Below the pieces are notes generated by a model, which searched no databases, was not told where the DNA came from, and saw nothing but the letters and a program-made list of their open reading frames with translations. A DNA stretch of 64,000 nt from Selaginella moellendorffii (lineage: Eukaryota; Plantae; Lycopodiophyta), in the NCBI RefSeq assembly GCF_000143415.4, contig NW_003314291.1, positions 1,282,517 to 1,346,516 on the forward strand, read 5' to 3'. This document shows positions 36,147-48,031 of this stretch, piece by piece. Within the stretch, counting starts at the first letter, position 1. Every line of letters begins with the position of its first letter. The translations under genes were made by a program, and so were the position numbers.

Positions 36147-37803
36147 CCCCAGGATTCCCACAGAAGAACTCCGGTTGGACTCAAGGATTAGTAGTAAAAG
36201 CAAGAGGAGTTGTACCACACGCTATGAATGTCGCTATCAACTGAGTCTAATTGTTTAATTGCAACTATATAGCATTGATCAATTGCACCAACTACTACTC
36301 CAAAGTTAAAGGAGAAGGAGGCTACTGCTCTACCATGAAGATGAATGAAAGGAAAGACCAAAAGAGAAGAAGGTGAGAAAAACTATAAAAAAAAGGGAGA
36401 TCTAGACAATGCAAAAGCTAGATCTAAAACAAAATCCCAAATTTAAGCACTCCTCAAGAACAATCAAAGTCGCCCCTCATCTCCATTAATATGAGTGTAT
36501 AAAATATGGAAAGAGAATATAGAAATGTGTATATCAATTAGCCAAAAAACCCTAGTTTATATATAAGAACGAGTGAAATCAATCTAACGGCTACCAAAAT
36601 CTCACTATGCTAATATTAGTATATGGCATCATAGCCATAATATAAAAGAGAAATTTTAAATATAGTAACTTTTTCTTTTTGTAGTTATAAAGTTATCTTT
36701 TTGCAATCAGTATAGTAAAATCTAAATATTAAACTAGAATTCAATTAAAACAATATATTTGAATTAGTTACACCTAAATTAAATATTTGGATTAGCATAT
36801 GCTTCTTTCAAGAATACTTACATGGTTGGTAAAAGGTAAATACTAAACCTTAAACCTAAACATATTTGATTGCATTATTGTTTACATGGTCTAGCCATGA
36901 AGAATGACACCTTTATGCAAGCAATTTGGACGATGATTGTTACTATCCACTATCTGTCTTTTGCCTTATTATGGTGCTCTGCTAATGGTGGCCTTTGTGT
37001 GTCACTTGTGAATTGTACATGAATGAGGCCTATGACTGTCTCTTGAAGTTCTCTTCCACTACCCAAAGAAAGTTGTAAAGCTCATTCAATTGGTAGAATG
37101 TCTTAATATTATTTTACTTATATATGAATACAGTTATTTTGGGGTTTAGACACAAGAATGAATGGATCTGATTCAGTCTGAATCAGATGATCCATATGCT
37201 ATCAAATATTTCTTAAGTTTGATGAAAATATGAGTATAATAATATTATAATCATCAACATTACAAATATTACAAGACTAAAAGGTCCTTAATAATTTGCA
37301 GAACATATTATACCACACTAATTGAAAAAAGTGACGAAATAACTCTTTATTAACCGCTTCTAAAAGCCCTTACAAGCATTTATTGATTTCTCATTAATCA
37401 ATTTGACACTTTTTCTAAGTTAAACACTCATATCTATCCTAATATATTTGGTTGCTTTTATATCTTTTCAACATACCTTTACTGGATCAGATTTTTTTAC
37501 CAGATTTGTATAAATCATGCTTATATTATAGGTTTGGATTAACTTACTAAGGATTAATTTCCATCAACTAGAGTTTTAAGAATTTTGTACTTACTAAAGC
37601 ATTTTAACACAATTTCGTTCTTTTCTCTTTCATATCATAATGAGTCTTTTTTATTGTACTCTTTTATTGATAAACACCTGCTTTAAAATCACATGCCTAA
37701 ACTTTAAGTTTTTTTGTACTTTGTCAAAAATGTAAAAATAAATGAGACGTGTATAATCAAAACATCTATGCAAGAGGAGAGATATGTAGTATATATTTAT
37801 TTT

Positions 37804-38691
37804 TTATTCACTATAAGATGACCAAATAGATTGTCGCTTTTCTGCCCAATAAAACATTGCATTTCCACTTGGCTCCATAACAAAAGCACACGTAGTTAAT
37901 CCATTTGGAATATAAAAGTTAATACTCCATAAAACAATACCATTAACTCCATATAAAACAAGATTACCATCTAATTGTAATATTAGAATGCAATTAGACC
38001 CTTTTGTTCCACTACTCCATCGAAATGAAACTGAAATAGTTTCAATTGAAAATATTTTTAAAGCACAATTTGAGTCTAAAATAAAAATAAATTTATTATT
38101 AATAGAATATAAAGCAGAACCAGGATATAAAGTGGTATGAACTGAAGGGCCAGTTTCAATAGAATTTTTATATGGCCAACAATTATTTGGATTCCAAGGA
38201 GAATTGATTTGCAAAACATCATAATAGTTATTCTTTAAATTCAATATTGATAATGGTCTGAAATTTTTTGTAAAGTATTTCAATATAAAAATATTAGAAA
38301 CCCCTATTATAAATTTTGAACCAGATATGCTTTCCATGGAGTGAACAATATCATTACATGCTTTTAAAACTTCATTACTAGAAATGACAATTTTTCCAGG
38401 TGAAGCACTACAAGTACCTCCAATAAAATTATGTATAAAAAGGCTTAAAAATACTGAAACACCATCAATAACAATCATTCTTATAGGAAGAGCATCGCCA
38501 GATCTATATTCTTGATTTAGACTAATAGATGTTCTATAGTAATCAATAAGTTCTGTTATAATTAATCTAACCTCGCCATTTTTAAAGAACCCGAGGTTAT
38601 CTTCATCATATTCAAAATTTACTGTACTTCCATATAGAAGGTTAAAGTTATTGCAACATAACAAAATGAAGTATAATTTTTGTTTTGTCAT
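37804..38691 (-). CDS. Putative secreted protein with a C-terminal bulb-type (GNA/B-type) lectin domain
   Basis: 295-aa single-exon ORF; hydrophobic N-terminus; WSSGT...LILQLDGNLVLY...VLWS motif. Confidence 0.8.
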   Translation of the reverse strand: MTKQKLYFILLCCNNFNLLYGSTVNFEYDEDNLGFFKNGEVRLIITELIDYYRTSISLNQEYRSGDALPIRMIVIDGVSVFLSLFIHNFIGGTCSASPGKIVISSNEVLKACNDIVHSMESISGSKFIIGVSNIFILKYFTKNFRPLSILNLKNNYYDVLQINSPWNPNNCWPYKNSIETGPSVHTTLYPGSALYSINNKFIFILDSNCALKIFSIETISVSFRWSSGTKGSNCILILQLDGNLVLYGVNGIVLWSINFYIPNGLTTCAFVMEPSGNAMFYWAEKRQSIWSSYSE

Positions 38692-39257
38692 TGTGAACTT
38701 CAGGTTTAATTTCTAATTGTATTCAAAAGAAATAAAATCTAAAAATAATTTGAATATTTGATTTTAATGGTAGTGTTAAAATAGTATTCTTCATTTCTTT
38801 TCTATTTTATAAATTATTTTTATTACACCATTGATGCAAAAATGTCTAGCATTCCTAAAGGAACTAGTCAATGTGATGGCTAAGAAGTCCCTCCTCGGCC
38901 ATGGCTTCATATATACGACGAGGACCTCTCTCACAAACGTTTTGAGCGTAGTGTTGGATTTCACCATCAGCAACAAGAAGTAGAAAAGAGGTGATTAGGT
39001 CTACGGTTTCAGTGCGAGGAAGAGCAAATGGATGCGGAGGATATGCGCGACAAGATGAAAGAATGGAGGTGTTTGACAAGAGGCCAGTGGTCTTGATCGT
39101 CATCAGAATGGTGCTCTCCCACCAGGTTGAGAATTTCCTTCTTTGTTCTCCTCCGTTGCGTAGGCGGGTAGAATGCACAATACAGCACCCCCCCTTATTT
39201 AGGGTGGGCCCCATTTGCTTATTTGGATTTGCACGCCAACTCATTGCGCATGCCACC

Positions 39258-40011
39258 TCATCACTATAAATTAAAGATTGTTCTAGTATATTATTTTCAA
39301 CTATTTTTAAGTATTTAAAAGTACAAAATCAAATATACTATATATAATTATTAGTTAAGAATAATAATAGAAATAAAACTTACCTGGTTCAACATATGTA
39401 TATAATATATCAGTTAAAGTTTGTGCAGTACGATTGGCTACCGGAACCATAAACATTCGATCTGAATCACGTTCAATTCCTCCAAAGACCCATTGACCTT
39501 CTACTCTTCTACCACGATTATATTTCCGCTTACCAAACTTGCTTTCATCAATTTCCACAATTCTTCCTGGACCACCAATCTTTTGACTACTTTGTTGTAA
39601 TGTGATAACACAAATATCACGACAAAAGTTGTACCAATTTGTTGTCATATGCTCACTTTTAATATTACACTCAATGTGAGCTTGATCTTGTGGCATTTTA
39701 ATGCACCAACAATACATCACTCTAAACATTTGAGCAAATGTGAGATTACTATTTGCAAACCATGTATTAATTCTAAGAGATCTTGTGGTATTGCAATTTT
39801 TACAATTCCACTTTAAACCATCTTTACAACCTCGATTATCAGATTGATATCTCATTGGTCGATGGCATCTTTCACATTCTCTCTCTTGTGGAAGAAGACC
39901 AATCGTAATACAAAAACTAAAAGAATTTACCTTACTATTAGTTCTCTCAATAAGATCAGAAAAAGAAAGAATACTATCTTGAGCATAATCTACATATTCC
40001 AATCTAGCCAT
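39258..40011 (-). mobile_element. Merlin (IS1595/ISXO2-like) DDE transposase, C-terminally truncated, with a probable intron (donor at 39383)
   Basis: CERC/WNCKNC zinc ribbon, IGGPGRIVEIDESKFGKRKYNRGR, WVFGGIER, VANRTAQTL; GTAAGT donor; IYSDE downstream. Confidence 0.85.
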
Positions 40012-40429
40012 AATACTAAAGAGAATGAATAAAATAAGAAAGAAAATATAAGGAGCACAAACATAAAACACAATGAGGAAAGACCTAAACCAATCGTAGG
40101 TTATATACTTATAAATTATAGCCGTTCATTCACTGGCTAATTATAAAATTATAGTCGTTAACATATCCGTTAACAACATCTACTAATTAAAGTTTAACGT
40201 TACTAATTTAGAGTTAGTCGTTAAACATTTAGGGTGCAGCGCTGGGCGTGACTAAGCGCGCCACGGAGGACGCAAGGAGTGAGTGTGGCAAAGGGGCAAC
40301 CACGTAAGAGTGAGGGGTGCTGTATTATGCATTTCTTCCGCGTAGGCAGTGGGAAGATGCTGCTGATGCATCACCTCGTCTGGAGATTCACGCCATGAAG
40401 CAGTGGCCCAGAGTACTGCAACAGACTGA

Positions 40430-41210
40430 ATGGACATCGCTCAATCTCTTCGCGACGAAGATCGATGAGGTCAGTTAGTTTTTTGACTTAAAAACAAAAG
40501 TAGATCGTGGAGAAGAGAGACAACGAAGTGGACTACGTGCTCATCTACACTCCCGGACAGATAGAGATTTTTACTTGGTCTGCGTCGGGAGCAATCATCA
40601 CAGAGGCCTTTGTGTGCACCTTTCCATCGTCCGTGATCTGCGTTGTGGACATCTTCGGTCAGCCCAGTTACATTCATGAGAAACATGCTCTCCGCCTGTA
40701 GCATTCTCTACAAGATGCAGCTGCCTTTCATTCTCACCTTTAACAAGACAGGTGTGTGAAGCAACCGTTTTCTGTTGAGGTACCTTCCTACTTGCCAGGT
40801 TGAGGCGCGTGTTTTTAAAGAATTATTTCTTGGTGCAGTGAATGAAAGACTTAAAGGCTTTTCAGTTAGCAGTTATGCTGCGTCTCTCTCAGCAAGAGCA
40901 TGTGCTTGGTTTTGGATGAGTTTTACAACAACTTTAGATCGGTGGGGGATCACAGGATCTGGAATGATGGGGTTTTACAGGACAAACTATTTGTAAATAT
41001 TTCTTCGTATTTTTTTCTCTTTGGGTTTATCAAACGAGCATGTTTGAGTAGGGTGGAGCTCGAGAAGAAGAAAACCGAGAAACTCAGGCTTGAAGAGACA
41101 AGCAGACATGGATCGGCTCCACGAGGACATTGAACAGTCAAAAGGAGGCAAGGAGGTTTTGAGCACCAAATCCAGGAAACAAGAAGACGAAAACGAGGAA
41201 GACAAGTGAG
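40430..41210 (+). pseudogene. GPN1: GPN-loop GTPase 1 (XAB1/QQT2-like) gene fragment with frameshifts
   Basis: [53 protein letters not shown]...FNKT, LVLDEFYNN; N-terminal P-loop absent. Confidence 0.85.
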
Positions 41211-43011
41211 CACTAATAGGTAGAGTTGTATATAAAAAAGCTTGCACGATATGATTATGGGAGTGTTTTTGTTTCCTCTCTCTGGTTGCCAATGTTGCTA
41301 GTTCTAGAGAAGCGGTAGTGATGGTAGTGGATGAATATCAAATATAATATTATAGTCCCACTTCAATGAAAGGAGCTTTAAACAAGAACAAAAAACTGTT
41401 CCACAAGCTGGAGATTTCATAAGAGTAGGAAATGCTATGGCTGCAACTGCAACTGTGAACAAGGGACAACACATTCTGAGCTTGGCATTAGCAGTGGAAC
41501 TTATATGTAACCAAAAACTGAAACTACAATGTCACCCACAATAAATATAACTACAACAACAATTACAACAATGAATAATAGTGGAGGATGTGTGTGACAA
41601 CTTTGATTAGACACTAGTGTGTTAGTTCTGTTTCTTTCTACTTTGGTAGAAATTGCTTAAAATTGTAAAACATTCTAAATTACTTCTTACAATTTTGAAT
41701 TTAAAACTACCACTATCAACAATCTGATTGATTTTAGGGGATTTTAGGGGACTTTTGGATATAGTGGCAAGGATTGTTATCACAACAGTGGAAGGTGGCT
41801 GCATCAACACCACATCACTCTCATTCTGCTTGGTTGCTTGGATGTTGGGTGGGTCAGATTGACACAGAGCTGCATGGTGGAGATATTTCAGATCTTATTG
41901 TGATAGAGCTTCAATTAAGGGGGTTTGTGCAAACAACCTAAGTTCCTTTGAAAATGGGGCATATTTCGAAGTGGTCTAAAACATTTTCACAAACAGGTGC
42001 ATGCTTTAGCAGCTTATATTGGAAGAGGGTCACACCCCAAGGTTTCATCATGATGTGGCTTTGGAGAAGTTAGTTGAACAAAAAATGGCTCAATATGTTG
42101 GCAGTCGAGAGGAAGAGCATCCTAGGAAGAGTCTTGCATTCCATAGGGCATAGTGGTGGCTCTAGCTTCATGAAGGAGTCACTTGGGAGGAGAAGGGACC
42201 AAGAGTGGTGTCGAGACTTTCGTGCTCAAGAGAGTTTCACTTGAATTTCACTTTGTACTTTTTTTAGTCCCTAAAAGGACATTGAGTAATGGATGTTTTG
42301 AAATTTAAAATTTTTAATAAAAATATTTACATACTATTTATATTTGCATCACCTTTGTAAACCCGTTATAAAACTTTATCAATCATACTATACTAAAAGC
42401 CATCAACAAAGATTGCAAAACCTTCTTCTGTGACATCTAGTCACTCATTGATATAATTTGAATACTTTGAAGCTTTAATGAAAATCTCAGCTAATCAATT
42501 CATATATGTTTTTCCTTCCAAAGTAATGCCATTGGATGATGTAAGGATAGCTTAATTAATTAGCAAGTCCACCCATGTAAACCAATAAAAATAGTGCATC
42601 TATCTATACTCGTAAAGAGCACCCTAACATATTAAGCATGAGCAAACTCACTAATTACCTTACTCAAATGGATTCATTTCAGTGGACATTCGACAACTTC
42701 CCCTCCACATTTGCTCATGCTTATTCATCTGTCATCCTCTTTTGTCCCACCTGTAGAAGTGTGGTCGGGTGTGTTACCTGGCACCATCCCATAAAAACAT
42801 CATCATAAGCAAACCGTAGCCAGGTGTTTAAGTGAAGCCACCCCTTGTTATTGGTATCAACACCAATGAGACCATTGGACTAAGTAAATTTATTTCAATC
42901 ACAAGGGTATTCCAGCAAGGGCAATAAAAGTTGAGGCAAGGAGCAGGAAGAAAGAATCCACCCTCCTTGTGCTCTCACAACTAGATAGAGTTAGTTTTCT
43001 ATTTTTAGATT

Positions 43012-43703
43012 AAATAACAATAGATTGTTGTTTATCTGCCGAATAAAAAATTTCATTTCCACTAGGCTCAATAACAAAAGCACAAGTATTGGGAATATAA
43101 AACTTTATACTCCAAAGAAATACCATTAACTCCATATAAATAAAATTACCATCTAATTATAATACTAGAATAAATAGTCCCTATTGTTCCACTACTCCAT
43201 TGAAAAGGAACTGCAGTGGTTTTGATCGAAAATATTTTTTATGCACAATTTTATTCTAAATTAATAGAATACAAAGTTGAGCCAGGATACAATATGCTAT
43301 TGACTAAAGGTCCAGTTTCAATAAAATTCTTATATGGTCAACAATTATTTGGATTCCAAGGGATGTTAATCTGCAAAGGATCATAATTATTCTTATAGTT
43401 ATGTATATTTAATTAAAATAATGATAATAGTCTAAAATTTCTTGTAAAAATCCAACGTAAATTCCTTGGTGAAGTAGTACAAATATCTCCAATGACATTA
43501 TGTTTAAAAAGACTTAAATTAACAACAATAAATTTTATAGGAAAAAAGTATCCTAATTTATATTCATGTGATAGATTAATAGATGCTCTATAATAGCCAA
43601 TAAGTTCAATTATAATCAATTCAACCTCACAATATTTACAGAAACCGTGGTTATTTAAATTATATTCAAAATTTACACACATATAAATAGAAAGTAATTC
43701 CAA
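43012..43703 (-). pseudogene. Degenerate paralog of the 37804-38691 lectin gene
   Basis: Collinear DNA similarity (CCATTAACTCCATATAAA, TGTTCCACTACTCCAT, TTATTTGGATTCCAAGG) with indels and stops. Confidence 0.85.
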
Positions 43704-45729
43704 TATAATAAAATTAAATATAGTTTTTCTACTTTTAAAAAACTATTTAATATTTAGTTATTTTCAAATAATTTTTTAAAAATATATTACTATTTTCTGT
43801 TTCATGTGCAAGATAAGAGTCAAAATAGTATTCTGAAAAATTAATTAATATCTTCTTTTCTATATGATGTAATCTATCCATCTCATATTTAAGTGATATT
43901 TAATTGGGCATAAATAATGACTATTTGGGATTCTTTACTGAGGAATTTTACCTTAGTTTAGTTTATACCATTTTGCCTCTCTATTAATAATTCCAGTGAT
44001 ATAATTTCAGTAACCTTGTCTTGAGTTCCATGGGTGCTGCAAGCTCCACTGCAAAGTGCTGTCCATGGGATTTGACAGGGAGGATTGCTAGGATATGGGG
44101 CCTGGGTGTTGTGAGCTCCATTGGAGTACTGCCCAGAAATAGACCTTCAATGTGTTACAATTACTTCCTATTTACTATTGCCATTTTATTGCCTATCACT
44201 TTGTGCCAGGCTAAAGCACGAAATCAAAAGACACTCTATTCCTTTTCAGTGATATAAATTATGGGAAAATCACTTAGAACTTTAAACTCACTTACATGAT
44301 AGGCACTTCTTCAGCTTTCATGCTACCTCTCTCAAGTTGAGTGAGGTGCTTATTGAGCTATTGCATGCTCTCAACTTCATAACCTGGCACAAAAATGGAA
44401 AGGAAGCTAGTTATTAATGAAGATTAGAAGGACCAAAGTGATAAATTGCAATGAGAACTTTTCCTTGAGGATTTCATAAATTTTTAACTATCCACTTGTA
44501 AGGTCCCATCCCATGCCTCTTAGTTGAGCACAAGTGTATAGCAATCAATTTGTAGCAAGCAGCCTCAGTGCCTTAACATAAAATAAGCATAAGGTAGAGA
44601 AAAGCTTACATAAGGTTAACATATGAGTCCATGTTATAAAAATAATTACATTTTGATTACCTAAGGAACCAAAATGTGTGTATGGGTATGGCATGAGGTC
44701 CTACCATATTAGTGTGACACATTAGACTGTCATGCCACTTAATCTTGCCATGCAAGTACATGTAATGTTACATGAAATCTAGCATGGGTTTTTTTGTTTT
44801 TTGCACTGCATTTTCTTCCTTCTTGTCCGGCCAAGAGCAACAACTTTCGCACAATCTTGGCCACTCTATGTGGGCAGCCATGGTGGGTGTGAGCTTGATC
44901 AAATGAGCACTCGCTCACTTGGTCTCACTGCAGGTAGCAGTGGGTGTGATGTGGGCACTTCAAGAGCAAAGGACTTTCTTCGGCTAGCAGTGTGGGCATC
45001 ATATGGGCACTTCAAAAGCAAGAGCACATGAAAAGTTTCATTCATTAGGATTTGGGTGAAAGGTCTTTATGTATGGATGGCTGTGACTCTTGTTCTTTCA
45101 TGTGTTGGGTGTGTTGTGCTATTCTGTGCAACATGGGTGTTCTTGCATACAAGCACATGCAAGAGAGAGGTGTTGAGCATGGACTTCAACATGTGGCAGT
45201 TGGAGCACTGCATTGGATTGTTGGCTAAGGCCTTTTTTTTTACTCAAGGACAATACAATCACAACGCTATGTGTGTGTTTCTCCAAGTGAGGTAAGCTTC
45301 CTTTGTTTAGTTTTTCTTTTTGGCATAAGCTTCACACTCATTGTAGTGAGTGCAATCTCAAGCATTAGAACATTACACTTGCATATAAGTGACTAACAAT
45401 TCCATATGTGTTTTTCAATTCTCTCCATGATAGTTATATAGGTGTTTGCATGTTGTGGAAGGGGCACATAAGTGATGCCCTCTACTTTGCTCAATTTCTT
45501 GGCCTATACACATTAATGGCCACACTTTCATAGACACACTTTTGTGCTAGTCCCTTGCTAGTAAGCTTGGTAAACGATGTGACGTTATGTATTGTGTAAA
45601 GTGTGAATGGAGATTGGGGGATGCAATGTTTGTTGATAAACCATGCATGGTTGAGTTCATGTGTGGAATTATTGGTAAATGTGTGGCATAACGCCCATTA
45701 ACACACTTCATTTTTTTAGAAAAAAATTT

Positions 45730-47320
45730 CCCAACACATAGTTTTCACATTTTATCTTATGGTGATTTACCATAGAATTACCACGTAGCAGAACTTTAAC
45801 CCTCTATGTGCCATATGCCATGTGTTCAAAGACAACAGAATGAAACTTGAGTTTTAGGGCTTTAGGCCATTAAACAAAGGAATGGAGCCAAACTTCTAAA
45901 TATAGAGCCAAAGAGCAACATAACTTGGGAAGCAAACATTAGAACTTTTGTAACAGCACTTTGGCTTAAGAGAGATTGTGAATCAAGAGTATATAAATCT
46001 AAAAGAATACTAGAGAAAGAGAGATAGGTAACTTACATCTTCCCTTTGAAGAAGAAGAAAGCTCGAGTGTGTGTGGCTCCCCAAAAATTTACACGCATGT
46101 CCCATATGTTAATTCCATTTAGTCCTATTAGCTATTTATGAAAATTATCTAGATCTACTAGTTAGGCATATTTATGGATTGTAGAGATTATTTGAACACA
46201 ATAGTGTTGTTCCCATGACTAAATTCACAATCTAACACCATTCCATATTTAGTAATTTTCTGTGATTGTCCTAGAAACTAACTCTTGAGACTGGGGTAAA
46301 AGCCCAAAACATGAGTTCCTCAAGAGAAGGGGAGGGGGGTTTCAAATGTATAGTAGAGATGGGTAGGTTAGGATGGTCGACCAATTTAAGGTATAGTGTA
46401 ACTTTTGCTTGTATGTCTATCTTTATTTTGCATCCGACTTGTGTCTAAGCCTAATCTTCATACCATGTTAATTGGTGAAGTACCCATATCTTCGCATTAT
46501 GCCACTAGTATACTAAAATAGCACTAGATTCTATTTGGCATCGTTTTGCATGTTGGTCTTAGCATTAGGATGTTGGAGGCTCATAGTGAGGATGTTTTGT
46601 AAATACAGTAAGCTATTATTTGGTGATATTGAGGGATTAATCTTAATATATAAGGGTTCTTGTCAAGTTAGTGTAAGACATAACAAAAGAGAACTAAGAG
46701 TTAGGCCGAGTATGCTCAACAAGAAATATATAGGAGTTCCTATCTTATGTTTATATGGCTAAGTATAGATACTAAACTTAATTTACTAACACTTGAATAA
46801 GAGGGGTTGAAACGGGAACCAACAATAACAACCTCTTGCCATTGTGACAATAAGGAAAAAATATTTAAAAGGACTCACCGATAAATAGCTTTTAATACCT
46901 GTAATCATATTTGTGATACTCTCCCCTACTTAAAGAAGATTGACATCCTTGTCAATGCACACTCTAATCTAGACCACCACGAAGGAAACATATCTAGAAA
47001 AAGTTTATGGTGTTCACATTTTAAAAGAAATGCACCAACTTAAATGAGTTAGGGGGCAACCTCTCTACGCAAATACACTACAACATTAAACATCAAACAA
47101 CTCAACTTAAACAAGGAAATGATCAATGGAGTCAATCACCATTGCTACTTTGAATGTCATCTAGCTTATAAAAGATGATATGCCCCTACTTGTAGGTGAT
47201 ATAGAGAGAGAAGCCAAACCTCATGAGTAAATAAACTAAACCTATCGGTATGGTATAAATAGACTACTATAAATAGATAGTTAGAGTTATTTACACAATC
47301 ATGCCTTTTTAATGAAATAA
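45730..47320. repeat. Highly decayed family A-related LTR fragments in mixed orientations
   Basis: 46190-46580 resembles 22960-23380; 46600-47320 resembles 4420-5135; 45730-45900 is the reverse complement of ~23500-23630. Confidence 0.65.
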
Positions 47321-48031
47321 GGAATATCGAAAGAAAGGTGGGTGATGTGGCCAATTTACAGTAATTACCCCATGACTAAATATTTCACTATATATATGAA
47401 GTGTTGAAACTAATTTGCTTATATAGGCCCAAACCTAAATATCAAAAGATGGATAATATCAAAGTCAGATACAATGATATCTTAGAGACTAAATTATCTG
47501 TGAATAAATCTTAGATGAGAACACAAAAGTATTCCAAGAAAGTTATCATCCAATAAACTAGAATTAGAGTATAAGAACCACCAAGATCACTATAGTTTAA
47601 AGGTGTAGGATTAACCATCTAACAAATTCAATAGTAAGTGTATTATCAAGAAAAAGTTAATGATAAAGCTTAACTACTAAAAATTGTAGATAACATGCCA
47701 AACAACTTACAAAAGATAACTAGAAAAACACAAAGTATCATTGACTAACAAGCAAAATGCTTGCAAATATATCACCGGAAAGAAATAACATCCTAATCTA
47801 ATAGTAGAACAAAATGAATATCACAAGGGCTAATAAACACTTGTTCATGCTAACTATTGCATCAGTTAATCCAAATAAGTCTTGATCAACAACATTAAGA
47901 AAATAAAGTTGCTCAAACAAGCATCAGTAGCATCCTACCGATATCTCAAACCCAAGAGACCAATCCAAAGCAAACCACAAATAATATATATTAATGCAAA
48001 AAGCCAAAAACCATTAAAGAAAACAACTAAC

